From assembly GCA_964106645.2 (NCBI GenBank), contig OZ067039.1: a stretch of 64,000 bases of DNA. The stretch is one strand, 5' to 3'. Numbering within the stretch: the first letter of the stretch is position 1; each line of letters opens with the position of its first letter. Shown one piece after another: positions 34,601 through 47,284 of the stretch. Source of the DNA: Podarcis pityusensis. Lineage: Eukaryota. The notes below the pieces were generated by a model that saw only the letters and a list, made by a program, of their open reading frames with translations, searched no databases and was not told the DNA's origin. The position numbers and the translations under genes are program-made.

Positions 34601-37600
34601 AAGTAACATAAGAATAATATTTGTCACCTTGAGCTCCTTCAGGCGGAAGAGAGGGAAGTAAATTGAATAAATAATTATGCTTACTCCACAAGCTTGCAGT
34701 CCGCTCTTCTCATTCCACAGGACATCTGAGCCAGAAGTGCTGATGTGACCAGCCCAGCTGCATTGTTAGTACCCAAATTTGATGACATCATCACCTACTG
34801 CACCCCATTTCTATCTGGGGCGGCTATATCATGGCAGAACGAGTTACTCAGTAGAACTGAGCCAGACTCAAAACAATTGCTACCTGTATGGTTGCCTCAG
34901 GGCAGCCACCTCATGGCAGCATGGTTAGAAAGCTGATTCTGCTCTTATGGTAAAAGATCCCTAATCAAGTGTCATGGTTAACTAAATCATGTTTTGTTGA
35001 CTTACGTTGCACCAGAAAGTAAAAAAAATAAAAATATAACAAAAATTCATTTTTCCTTGCCTGATTGTTCAGACAACTTGGTAGGTTTAAATCTACAGGT
35101 TTTTGTAGAAGTAAACAAGAACTCAAATTGGTTTGCAGTTTGCCAAGTTCATTGTGGAAGGCAGCAAGTGTGGGAGGAAGAAGAACATGTAATAGCTGCT
35201 AATGTGTAGTTACACAGGCCAATTCACGTGCTTCAGAGTCTGATGACTTGGACTGACCTTTTTAAAATGCAGCTTGTTGTGTTGTGACTTTTTAAAAAAA
35301 CCCCACACTTATTTAACTTGTTTTTCACCTGAAACCAATCGGTCCCAACAATAATAAAACAATAAACTGAAATAATTCAGAAGCATAACACACACAACCC
35401 CCAAACCAATCGCTAAAAATAAAACAATAATAACATTATTTACAACTAAAAAGCAACCCCAAACATATAAGCCTAATTATATTCCATCAAATATTTCTCA
35501 TATTCTGGGATGTAGGCGATGGTTTTAACCGGGCACCAAAGACATGAGTTAGTACCAGGAGGGTTTCAATGGGGAGAGCATTACACAGATAGGAGTGCCC
35601 TCTCCCTAACTGCCACCTTCTGAACCTGTCTTTAGGGGACACTCAGAGAAGAGCCTCAGATGATGCTCACAGGATCTGGATATGTTAGTTTTTGAGCAAT
35701 CTCCTTATCAGTCTTCTGCGTATGGTGCTTAAAGCATGAGTCTTTCCCAGCTACATCAGTGATGTGTACTTTTGCAGAAATTGCCAGATGGGTTCGAAAG
35801 AGCAAAGATGTTGAAGCCAAGAGAGACTCTGGTCTGTAATCTGCAGTGCTATATAGTCCATGTTGCTATTTCAGCCTGTGCTCAAGTCTCATACAATCAG
35901 ATCAGCACACACAAACTGGACTGAATTCAACCATGTTTTGGCCAGATTTGAACTGAACTAGCTGAACTAGCTACGTGGCCAATTCTGTGCATGTGCAACA
36001 GCCATCATAGTGAATGGTTCATGTGAACAGGCCCAGCAAAGGGTTTAAGAAGCAGAGCTGAAGCTGCTCTATCTGTCAGGCAATTAAGGGTATCCCTTCC
36101 CCTTAGGAATTAGAATCAGTCAATTGGTCTATGAAGCTCAGTGTTGTCCATCTCTAGACTGGCAGTGGCTCTCCTGGATCTGCATGCAAATAATGAGCCC
36201 TACTATTGAGTGCTGTCCATTTCCATTGCTTCATGCCACATAAATCACCTATAATGAGCAGAGAAGGATGAAACACTGAAGGCATAATACTTGTGGCATG
36301 GTCAATTTCTTTGGCAGAAAGTGTCAGATTCCACAACACCTTCACAGAAGATGAACAATCCCTACATACAAAAGAGAGGTGTCCAGAGCATATATTCGTG
36401 ATTTTATTTGTATGATCAGAGGAACTTTGTATAAGTTTTTATTTTATTTTTTTTGGGGGGGGGGGGACGGGACTTCATTTTCCTTTGAGGGACCAGAACT
36501 CTGAACGGCCCCGAGACCTGCAGGTATAGGGTGGTATATAAATTCAATTAGTAGTAGTAGTAGTAGTAGTAGGTACAGAGGAAAACAACCCAAGGTGACC
36601 AGACTTTTGAAAATAAAATGTGGGAATCCTGCAAACCACACAGATCTATTGTCTCTTCCAAGAAACAAGGGACAAAGCTACTGGTGTGGTTTCAAGCATT
36701 ATTACTGGAAAAATATAAGCAGGCTTCTTCACATGTACTTAAATGAAAATGCTTCATAGGAAAATGTATTGAACAATGTAGATGGTAATACACAAGCTGG
36801 CAGCTGTGTTGCATTGTACCTGCAGTGCCATTTGTGCAGTTTCGGGTGAGGGATTGCAAGAGTCAATACTTGGTATGAGTTGGAGATTTTTTCAGTTAAT
36901 GGAAACCTCAGCATACAATGCACAATTCAGAAATGAAAGCATCTGTGATTAAGCACCCAATAGCCTGCATGTGGAATTGTTGTTTGATAACGGACACATA
37001 AAAGTTGCACTCTCTCCTACAGCAGCCTTTTCTCAGCTGCATCCACAGGACTGCTGTTCCAAGGCTGGAAAGGAGGAAATTCCAAATGAGCTTGGGCTCT
37101 GCATTCTTAAGAAGGAATTGTCAAGATTTTGAAGTCGTAAATGTAAAGAAATAATAATAGTTTATATACAGTATAAGTTCGAAGTTGCATCAGACTGAGA
37201 CGTATTAAATTTCTGTGATAAAATAGTTTCATGGTTGTACAAAGTCTTTAATTACTCTTACTGAATTATGCTATTCTGACTATAGGACATGGGATGTAAT
37301 TCTCCACAAAATTGTGGCATTTATTTTCTAGCTTTGGCTCCATGGAACAGACGTCACACTTTTGACTGTCCCCCTCAATGGAGAATGTATTTTATAACAG
37401 CAAGAGCTGAGCCAGCCTAGTTTAGAAGAAACAGCAAGTATGCCTCCTATAAGCACACTGAGGGAGAAAGAGCATTAAGGCCATCGCACGCACTATTTTA
37501 ACATGTGTCTGCAAATGATTTCAACCTTACCTGCAAAAAATGTGGCATCTGCACATGACCAACACGTGTCTGCAAAGGCACACAATTAATATATAGAGGG

Positions 37601-38622
37601 ATGTTCCTAACATGTAAAGTGTGAAACTGCCTTAGAAGTGGGATACTGCCTTGAGCAAAATTTAACTATGGCAAGATGGCATACAAATAAATGATGATGA
37701 TAAATTACTGAAATGAAATGAAACCACAGGCTTAAGAACAAATAGTCACAGAAGGAACAGTGAGCACCTTCACTTAAACACACACAATTGGGTGGCGGGG
37801 TGGAGAGAGACTTGACTTTCCTAAAAGTTTTTAATTGGTGTCCTTCACTGCAGGAACCCGATCCTGTAGTTCCAAATTGTTGGGCCTCATAGTGGTTGCT
37901 CAAGAGTGAGAGGAAAGTACTACACATTGGGTGGAATTCAACGTATTGCTAAAGAAATTGTTCCATCAGGCAAACATAAATGCCCTGACAGAGCAATCTC
38001 CCTTCTCCCCCCGCTCCTGTATGCTGTGCTGTCGTTATCCTGCCCCCCCCATTGATTTAAGAACATGGGTTGAGAGAGGAGAACCCCATTATGCCAGCAG
38101 GTCTCATTGAGCTGGCTTCCAGTAGCACAGCTATTTAGCAGAGTCCAGCCCACCATCAGGGACATTCATTTCACCGGGCTCATTTTAACTGTGATCATTA
38201 CCTCAACTATTAAGAGGATAGCATCGCGACAGTTAAATTAGGCTATGAAGTTGATCTCTGCCTCAGACCAAGTCATTAACCTGACGGTTAAAAAACACCT
38301 TTGCAATCAGGCAAGCATTCTATTACAAACATATTTCTGGAATGCAGGCTTCCCAGAACAGACCAAGAGGCCAAAGAATGATACAGCTTTCAAATTAGAA
38401 TTGTGTGCGTTTGTGAAGGACAGGCCTGCTCTGCCATTATCCTGCCAAAATACGTCTTTCTCTCGGTTTTATCTAATCTTTGTGGGGACGCTGTTGCCTC
38501 CAGCAGATGCCTAGTCCTACTGCACTGACGTCCGTTAGCATTAATTCCATGGGCTCTGAAATACACCTATCTGTGCATTCGCTGCAGAGTCAGAGGAGAC
38601 GGTTCAGATATTTCAGAGGTGC

Positions 38623-38628
38623 TTTATT
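38623..38628 (-). promoter_or_regulatory. Probable NAA80 polyadenylation signal AATAAA
   Basis: TTTATT on + strand, about 365 bp past the NAA80 stop. Confidence 0.65.
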
Positions 38629-38993
38629 GATAAAATGACATCAAACTTGAAGGCAAGGCAATTTACGATACACAGCTCAGAACAGGCCCACCCAGCTATG
38701 GCAACCACCACTGAAAGACAATGGGGGACAGTGGATGGCCTTGAAAGTGTATCTAAAATAGATCATTGTCTAAGCGAACTTCATATTTTTATGGCATGAA
38801 AATGGGCTCTTGTCTGAAAAGAATTCTGGTAAAAACAACCATGGAAGATAGAATCTATTGGCTTTGTTTGTTAGAACAGTTCTCTCACAGCCCATCTCAC
38901 TGGATCCGAAGCTGAGCTTTTCTTCTCAGCATCTCTGCTCCTTCAGCCGTCACTTCATCTTCATCACACTCACATAGGCACATGGTGAAAGGG

Positions 38994-39998
38994 TCATATG
39001 TCTTTCTCCATCCAGAATATGGGCCGCCCCTTCAGGTCACGATATGGCGTTTCTAGAAACAGCTGGCTCTGGGCTTTGTCTCCCGATAAGGTAGAAGAGG
39101 AATCGGGATGGCCTGCCGAAAGGGCCATGGGCGGAGGGGGAGGAAGAGGAGGTGGGGGAGGGGGAGGAAGGTTTGCAGCAAAAAGAGGCACAGTGGCTGA
39201 TTGCGAGGGCGGAACAGAAGCATTCATGGCCTGGGAAGAGGAACTGTGGGAAGCTACAGAAGCTGGCAGGCGGGGAGGGGGAGAAATGGTTGCGGCTGCT
39301 GGCGGATAAGAATGAACAGGAAGCAATGGGGGTGATGGGGGAGGAGAAGCCGCTGAACAAACTGCGAATGAGGAAAGGTGTGCTGAAGGTGGCAATGGAG
39401 GAAGGCTTGCACTGCATCTCCTGCTGCAAGACGCACTTGGCTCATGCTTCCCAGACCCTGTGGGAAGTTCCTTGTCCTGCTGAAGGGGAGAGAAGCTCTC
39501 CAGAAACTCCATAGGTACAAGGGAACTCGTGAATCCCGCACACTGAACTGGCTTGGACAAGCTGTAACCCAGGTGGGCGTAGAATTGCTGCTTGTCGTGG
39601 GTGGTGAGGTGCAGGCGCCTATAGCTGCAGGACCTGGCGTACTGCTCAACAGCTTCCATCAGCTTCCTGCCATAGCCCTTTCCCCGGAGGGCCTTGGCAA
39701 CAACCACCGTCTCCACAAACAAGCTCTTGGGCTGGCCAACCACACGGGACAGCCTGGCATGCCCCAGGAGTTGGCACTGACTCTTGGCCGTCTTCCCTTC
39801 TGCGGTGTCTTCCACTGATCTCTGGGTCCTAATCAGTACCAGGCACATGGGGAAGCTGTTGCTGGATCTCTGCAGGGAGTGGATGCGGGAGGTTCTGCTC
39901 CTTTTCCACTCTTCATTGATGAGGTCGGCACAGGCCTCTAGGAGATCGGGCCTCTGGTGAAGGGGCACCGCTGTGAGCATCTCTGAAACAGACCCCAT
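38994..39998 (-). CDS. NAA80: N-alpha-acetyltransferase 80 (actin N-terminal acetyltransferase, NAT6/FUS2), ~334 aa, single coding exon
   Basis: PLHQRPDLLEACADLINEEWKRSRTSRIHSL, GHARLSRV, Ac-CoA motif LRGKGYG, LHLTTHD, polyproline loop and C-terminal GRPIFWMEKDI. Acceptor tgctttcag| at 40063; first in-frame ATG after it is at 39998 (AGAATGG). Confidence 0.93.
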   Translation of the reverse strand: MGSVSEMLTAVPLHQRPDLLEACADLINEEWKRSRTSRIHSLQRSSNSFPMCLVLIRTQRSVEDTAEGKTAKSQCQLLGHARLSRVVGQPKSLFVETVVVAKALRGKGYGRKLMEAVEQYARSCSYRRLHLTTHDKQQFYAHLGYSLSKPVQCAGFTSSLVPMEFLESFSPLQQDKELPTGSGKHEPSASCSRRCSASLPPLPPSAHLSSFAVCSAASPPPSPPLLPVHSYPPAAATISPPPRLPASVASHSSSSQAMNASVPPSQSATVPLFAANLPPPPPPPLPPPPPMALSAGHPDSSSTLSGDKAQSQLFLETPYRDLKGRPIFWMEKDI

Positions 39999-42900
39999 TC
40001 TTCTCACCACCAGAGGACCAAGCGGTGAAACGTTACATGGGACACAGGGAGCTTGACTCACTCCTGAAAGCACAAACACAATGAAGTGTGTTTGCAGTGC
40101 ACAATCGATTCCAAGAGACCTACTAACCCTTTCACAGGGAAACCTCACCTTTCCAGGAACAAACCCAAGCAGAAGGAGCTGCAGCATCCTCTGTAATCAT
40201 CCCATAAAGCAAAGGGATGCAGATGCCAAGACAGCCTTAGCTCTTGGTCTTACAAAGGCACAGATAGCCAAGGCAGTGTGATTCTAATGTTGTAGCCCAC
40301 GACTCCCAACATCCCTATTGGCTATGCTGGCTGCAGCTGATGAAAGTTGTAGTCCAACAACATCAGGAGGGCATTGCATTGGCTATCCTTCCACTTGGTC
40401 CTTTACCAAGTGCCGATTTGGGGCATGCGTAACAAGACATCTAGTCCGGATCCTCTGCTACAGTGTTGGAGAAACTGTGGCTCTCCAACTCCCACAGTTC
40501 CTGAAGACTGGCCATGCTGGTTTTGGCTGATCAGAGTTGGGAGTCCAGCAACATTTGGAAGGCCACAAGTTTCCCAACCCAGTTCTACTATAAAAACATC
40601 TGGGAATCAGTGTAGACTATAAGCCAATTCCTATAAATGCTTGTTTGAAACTTGGCTTTTATTTTTCCCTTGGGGACTGAAAAGGATTCAGTCATACAGA
40701 AATATGGTGCACCCCCTCCCAAGGAACAGAAGTACGTAACATGGTTCACTTACTATATTCATGTAAGTGCAGTCTGGCTGAATGCAACTCATCCCTTGTC
40801 CATTGGAAGGCCCACTCAAGCTCTATGAGTTTCTAAACTGCCAACATGTTCCCACATTTAATTCACAATTATGGGAGTATGTTCTGTACTCCATGAGATG
40901 ATGATGGCCATTGAGATTCCTGGGCAGCCAGACTGCAGACCAGATACGACTTCTTAAGCTATGTGTGAAGAGCAATCCACTTTAGAAGAAAACTCAGGTT
41001 CTGTTTGGCTTCTTTACCCTTCTTACAACAGTCCAGTTGGGACCTTGATTCAAGAGTGGTTTAAAATTGAAGGTACTCTGATATAGCTTAGGTGGCTTCT
41101 TTCAAGACTGTCACACCTCCTCTCAAGAGATGGCACCTAAACATACAACACAGGTTGTCTTCTCTTTGCATCTGCCTACACTGCAGAGCATTCAAGTGAA
41201 TATTTGTATAGAATGTGCATCGACCAATAACATGCCCAAACTGTGAAAGGCTGTTTACTAAAAAAAAATAAAAAAAATAATAATCCAGCAGAATCTTCCA
41301 CATAAAATGGAAGCAATGATCCCAAGGACCACCTTACATCACCACTTTTGTCTCATCTGGAGCACGTGGGAACTGGCCAAGCAACCGTTTCCACATGTCT
41401 CCATAATGCAATGTGCCACTTCCTCCAAAATCTCCCAGAAGGGGACTCAGCTATAGGTTTGGCAAATTGCAAGCAGGTGGTATGTTGAAACGTTCCCCTA
41501 ACCAGTCCAGAATGTCACACATGAGCCTCAAATGGTTTCAAGAATCAGCCCACAGGGAGAGTTCAAACACTGTATGAATCTCATTGTCCTCTGGTTGGCG
41601 CATGAATTTGCTGAGAGGCAGCTGTGTTGAGCAGGACCCTGACCCCCCAGTGAATGTTAGCAAGTCTAGTCACAACTCTATCCTTCTCTGTATATTTTTG
41701 GAGGTGGTGGTGGGGTACATACAAGTGCAAGGGGCATAGTAAGTCAGTGACAGAGCACACACTTTGCATAAAATAGTTCCCAAGTTCAACCCAGGCATCT
41801 TCATATATGGGTAAAGACCACTGCCTGAAACCCTGGAAAGTTGAGAAGAATATAGAAAATACGGAGTCAGACGGCAATGATATGAAGGTATCTTCGTGTG
41901 TTCAAGTGACAGGGGGAGGGTGGGCTTCCATTTACACAGTTTTGTCCCCTTAACTCTTCATCTCTCCGATGTTTCAGACAGCACAGAAAATTCTCTCCAG
42001 GCTGCCTGGGATGAAATGGAGGAAACTGGGGAGAGAAGAATGTTCTCACTCATTCTTTTTTTCCTTGCTCTCTCTCCTTTTGATTTCCGTACCTTCCATA
42101 CAGTGAGACTCAACGTTATCGTAGACTCTCACTAAACCCGTGAGGCAGCCTCCAAATGGGAGCCACACTGGAAGGTGAAAAAAACACCCAAGAGACAATA
42201 AAATTCACCCTTTCACAACCCTTTATGAAGTAGCTTATGAAATTATACCATGCAGCCACTGCACTCAGGTTATGAAATAGGAACAGAACATGCCCTCCGA
42301 AAGGTGGGCTGAGGAGATTCTCACGACAGGGACATTAGCTGGGGGCAAATCCTAGAGCCACGTAAGCAGAGGGAACTCTAGGGTATTGCGTTAGAGCCTT
42401 AGCATCATCCAGTTACTGCCGCACTGAGTTTAGAGAATGCTATTTTGACAATACTGTGTTGCATCTGCAGACATGCACAGTCAAGTCCTCACGATTGCTT
42501 ATGTCTGCTCTCATTTACCTGCAAACAGCAGGTGATTCAGTTCCATCTCAGAGGCTAGATGTAGCCCCCTCACACAAGTTTTCAACACAGCCCGTGCTAC
42601 CTTTTCTGCAAAGGTGCTCTGTGACATTACTGGAAAAGCCATATGTTTGGGGAAGGAAGTGTCTCGTACAAAGAGTTTTCTCAATAAAGGCTAAGAACAC
42701 CACAACTTGTGCTTCCCTACCAGCCCTGACTCCAGTTACTGGCAAGGACTGCTCCTCAAGGCAAAATTTGGTTGTGCACCAAAAAGAATTAATGTACATC
42801 TTTTCAAAGTTGTTGCATTAGCAGCCCACTCAAGTCACAGGAGTGCATTCCCACCAGGGCAGAGAATCAGTCCAACGGTCTAAAACTGTTTCAATCACCT

Positions 42901-43489
42901 CTCACAAACATCAATTACTCATGCTTATTACTAATTATGCATATTAAGTACATAGGCACTTTTCCAGGCGCTTCACATGAATTCCACTGAAGTAACCCTT
43001 ACAACAGCCTTGTAAGGTAGACCAGTTTTATTATCCCAGCATCACAGATTGGGGGTGTATGGGGGGTGGCTGAGGCTGAGAAAGCAATGGCCTGCCTAAG
43101 GCCACCTAATGAGTTTGTGATTGACATAAAGATGGATGTAAAATTACTGCTGAACTCTTTGATAGGCTGGTACTAACATTTTGCTATGCACTGCTGTCTT
43201 CGTTATTTCCTTCTGTATCTTAAGCCATTTGGGGAAGCTCTTGAGGGAAAGGGACATACAAATAAACTGACAGAGGTGATGATTGGTAAGGCGAGATTTT
43301 CACTGGTTTGCCAACCACAGCTCGTTCTCTAACCATGCACTATGCCAGCTTCCACCGCCTTTGCCATCCTATTGCCCTCCAGATGTTTTAGGCTGTGATT
43401 CCCATCAGCCCCATGCAGCATGGCCCCATTGGCTGGGGCTAGCAGGCGTTGTGATCGAAAACATCAGCAGGGCACTAGGTTAGTGAAGG

Positions 43490-43886
43490 CAGCGGTGGAG
43501 CATATGCCTGCGCTGCCTAGGGCGGGCCCGCTCCCGAGAGGAGTGGGGGGTGCCCTTCCAGGTGTGGGATAGCTGCTCGGGTGCAGGGAGTGACATGTGC
43601 GCCCTGCAGCCAGGGTCGGAGCGAGCCACTCGCAGGGGTGGAGCAAGCCGCCCATGGCAGACATTCAGCGCGCTGCCCACCCATGACTCCCAAGCCTCCC
43701 ACAAGCTGTCAGAACGAAGGGGGAAGGGGGGAATACCGCCAGCAAAGTGGCACAGCTCCCCCCCCTCCGCTGATGGCTCGGGGTAGGCTTAGGCGTTGCA
43801 GGTTTGTGGAGCACCAAATGTCACCCCCCTCAGCGAAGACACCCGGGGTGGTCCGCCCCCACCGCACCCCCCTTTCTCCGCCCCTG
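43490..43886. mobile_element. GC-rich hAT-like non-autonomous element
   Basis: Ends CAGCGGTGGAG and CTCCGCCCCTG. Degenerate 8-bp TSD AGTGAAGG / AGTGACTG. Confidence 0.55.
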
Positions 43887-44256
43887 AGTGACTGCCTTCA
43901 AGCAACAGATATGCACACACAAAAACACCTCTAAGTTTGCTCAGGGCTACCTTTGTCACCTGTGACCATTGCCAACGTGGGGATAGACTGCTAAAGGGAA
44001 CCTGAATTTACTTTCTCGCCCATGTAGGTTCTGCATCCACATTACAAATTGATTTAAGCACCAGGTGTTCAACTGCTTTGGGAGCTTGCTCAGCACCAGG
44101 TGTCCAAGAATACACAGAAAAGGCACTTGTCATAAGCCCCCCTGGAGGGAAGAGCCCCGAGGTATGGTGTGAAGGCACATGAGCCTATCACCTTGCTAGA
44201 GCTGAACAGGCTGCCACATTGCCAGGATGAGTGACTGCCTGTGAACCATGCACATA

Positions 44257-44498
44257 CAGTGGTACCTCGGGTTAAGTACTGAATTTGTTCTGGAGGTCTG
44301 TTCTTAACCTGAAACTGTTCTTAACCTGAAGCACCACTTTAGCGAATGGGGCCTCCTGCTGCCGCCGCGCCGCCGGAGCCCGATTTCTGTTCTCATCCTT
44401 AAGCAAAGTTCTTAACCCAAGGTACTATTTCTGGGTTAGCGGAGTCTGTAACCTGAAGCGTCTGTAACCTGAAGCATATGTAACCCAAGGTACCACTG
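44257..44498. mobile_element. Tigger/pogo-type MITE
   Basis: TIRs CAGTGGTACCTCGGGTTA and TAACCCAAGGTACCACTG, flanked by TA on both sides. Confidence 0.9.
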
Positions 44499-44919
44499 TA
44501 CTGCCTTGAATTCCATTACTAAATTAATGACACAGAGGTCAGAAAATAAATAAAAATCATACAACCTGCCTTGTGTGCACTATTCAAGACTCACTTGAAG
44601 AAGAGATGAGAAAAGTAATTAACGCACCATATGGGAATGACCTCTGCTGCATCACTCACAGACCGTTTTGGAAAGCACTCTAGCAGAGAACAGGGCAATC
44701 AGAAAATAGCATACCCCTAGGTAGACTAATAAGCACTACTTGCGCTAAATTCCAAGTTACCAGGCAGGCCTGCAAGTTCTGGTCCAAGTAGCTTTTCTGA
44801 CAAAAACCTCTGTATCCAAGGCACGCACTGCTACAGGGGATTTCTTGTTTTCAAGGATCCTGGCTCTGGAAATGAGCCAGCAGTGTCATCACAACACTTC
44901 ATAAGCAATATCACCCAAA

Positions 44920-45783
44920 AATCATAGAATAATAGAATCATAGAGTTGGAAGAGACCACAAGGGCCATCGAGTCCAACCCCCTGCCAAGCAGGAAACACC
45001 ATCAGAGCACTCCTGACATATGGTTGTCAAGCCTCTGCTTAAAGACCTCCAAAGAAGGAGACTCCACCACACTCCTTGGCAGCAAATTCCACTGTCGAAC
45101 AGCTCTTACTGTCAGGAAGTTCTTCCTAATGTTTAGGTGGAATCTTCTTTCTTGTAGTTTGGATCCATTGCTCCGTGTCCGCTTCTCTGGAGCAGCAGAA
45201 AACAACCTTTCTCCCTCCTCTCTGTGACATCCTTTTATATATTTGAACATGGCTATCATATCACCCCTTAACCTCCTCTTCTCCAGGCTAAACATGCCCA
45301 GCTCCCTTAGCCGTTCCTCATAAGGCATCGTTTCCAGGCCTTTGACCATTTTGGTTGCCCTCCTCTGGACACGTTCCAGTTTGTCAGTGTCCTTCTTGAA
45401 CTGTGGTGCCCAGAACTGGACACAGTACTCCAGGTGAGGTCTGACCAGAGCAGAATACAGTGGCACTATTACTTCCCTTGATCTAGATGCTATACTCCTA
45501 TTGATGCAGCCCAGAATTGCATTGGCTTTTTTAGCTGCCGCGTCACACTATTGGCTCATGTCAAGTTTGTGGTCAACCAAGACTCCTAGATCCTTTTCAC
45601 ATGTACTGCTCTCAAGCCAGGTGTCACCCATCTTGTATTTGTGCCTCTCATTTTTTTTGCCCAAGTGCAATACTTTACATTTCTCCCTGTTAAAATTCAT
45701 CTTGTTTGTTTTGGCCCAGTTCTCTAATCTGTCAAGGTCATTTTGAAGTGTGATCCTGTCCTCTGGGGTGTTAGCCACCCCTC
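44920..45783 (-). mobile_element. CR1 LINE, 5'-truncated, end of ORF2 (RT C-terminus) plus 3' UTR
   Basis: LQNDLDRLENWAKTNKMNFNREKCKVLHLG...[20 protein letters not shown]...[12 protein letters not shown]. One in-frame stop at 45548. ATTCT-type tail. Confidence 0.95.
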
Positions 45784-47066
45784 AAATGTCACACAGTGTT
45801 TCCTTTTTCCATTTCTAAGCATCCTGCTGCCAACCTGGGCACTAGGATTCCCTACCCCTCCTGCTAAAATCAACAACACACTCTACACATCCTGGAGGAA
45901 GAGAAGAGGCTGAACTAATTCCATTCATCCACACCTACCCCCAGCTCTACTAGAGCAGCACTAGATGAGAATCGCTCCTTGCGTGAGGTGAAGATTCTAT
46001 CCATATTAACAAAAGCCAGGAGAGCATCCCTCATTCTTCAGTTTCTACCCTTACCTCTCAGAACCAGGCCCACATGACAGCATGACCCATATGATACCCT
46101 GGTCCCAAACGTTCAAAATTCTGAACAGGCACCAAACCTACACACTTTATATCCCATCCATCCCAGTTTTATATTGCCTGTTCCTCTAGTACAGCTGTCT
46201 GAGCACAGTATACATGTTTGCTACAGGATCCCTTTATAACAGAATGAGAAACCCATGGCTCTCCAGGTGTTGTTGGACTTCATCTCCCATCAGCCCCAGC
46301 CCACATTGCCAGTGGTCAGGATTGATGGGAGCTGTAGTCCAGCTAGACTTGAAGAGTCACAGGCTCCCCTCCCCTGCTCCACAATAAGACCACCAGCAGA
46401 AGAAAAGAAGTGTCAAATACCTGTGGCAAATGGGAGCTGCCTGAAGTGCCGCTTCCCTCCTTTGGAGATTGTGCTTGCAATGCTAAGGCTCAAGGGAAAC
46501 CGTCTACTTTCGCAAGAGCATGACAGGAAGCTACACATGCGCCTACAGCTCATTTCTTCTTTTAAAGAGTGAGCTGTCTGTTTACTTGACACCCAGGTTT
46601 TGGAATGTAAATTGTGTGCTGAGTAGCCCAGCCCAGCCCTGACAGGAGCCAAAGGCTGGCACCCATCCAAACAACAAAGCAGCAGACACAGACTTCGTCT
46701 ATGGGGTTCCCAAACAGATGCCTTCAACCACTACAGCTCCTAGGTCCAAGTGTAGGCTGAAGTATCAAAGAACTCTATTTTTCGGTGGTGGTGGTGGGGA
46801 GAAATGGACCCATTTAGATTCTGAGAATCCAGCCCCAATAAACATCCAGCCAACTCACTTTGGCAACAGCAATTCTATCATGAGTAGAAAGGAAAGGGAG
46901 CAGGGCTAGCAACCATCCAACAGCAAAGAAAGCAGGTGGGCAAGGAAGGCAAACTAGACTTGCTGCTTACCGTGCCTTAACTCCTCCCCAATACTTCCAT
47001 CTCCACACATCACAAAATGAGGCTGCTGAAGCAAAAGGCTGGTAGTAACCCAGACTAGCCTTTGCA

Positions 47067-47284
47067 CAGTAGTACCTCGGGGTACAGATGCTTCAGGTTA
47101 CAGACTCTGCTAACCCAGAAATATTACCTTGGGTTAAGAACTTTGCTTCAGGATGAGAACAGAAATTGCGCAGCGGCGGCAGCAGGAGGCCCCATTAGCT
47201 AAAGTGGTGCTTCAGGTTAAGAACAGTTTCAGGTTAAGAACGGACCTCCAGAACAAATTAAGTTCTTAACCCGAGGTACCACTA
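47067..47284. mobile_element. Tigger/pogo-type MITE, opposite orientation to 44257-44498
   Basis: Reverse-complement match to the 44.3-kb copy. TIRs CAGTAGTACCTCGGG and CCCGAGGTACCACTA. Confidence 0.85.

Noticed and set aside
38998-39818. Antisense and alternative-frame ORFs over NAA80
   Set aside because: Shadow ORFs of GC-rich, low-complexity proline codons.
39999-40187. 63-aa N-terminal extension of NAA80 in the ORF track
   Set aside because: Crosses a clear acceptor at 40063 and has no homology; the ATG at 39998 is preferred.
45002-45466. 154-aa ORF as a host gene
   Set aside because: CR1 ORF2 C-terminus in a truncated, stop-containing copy.
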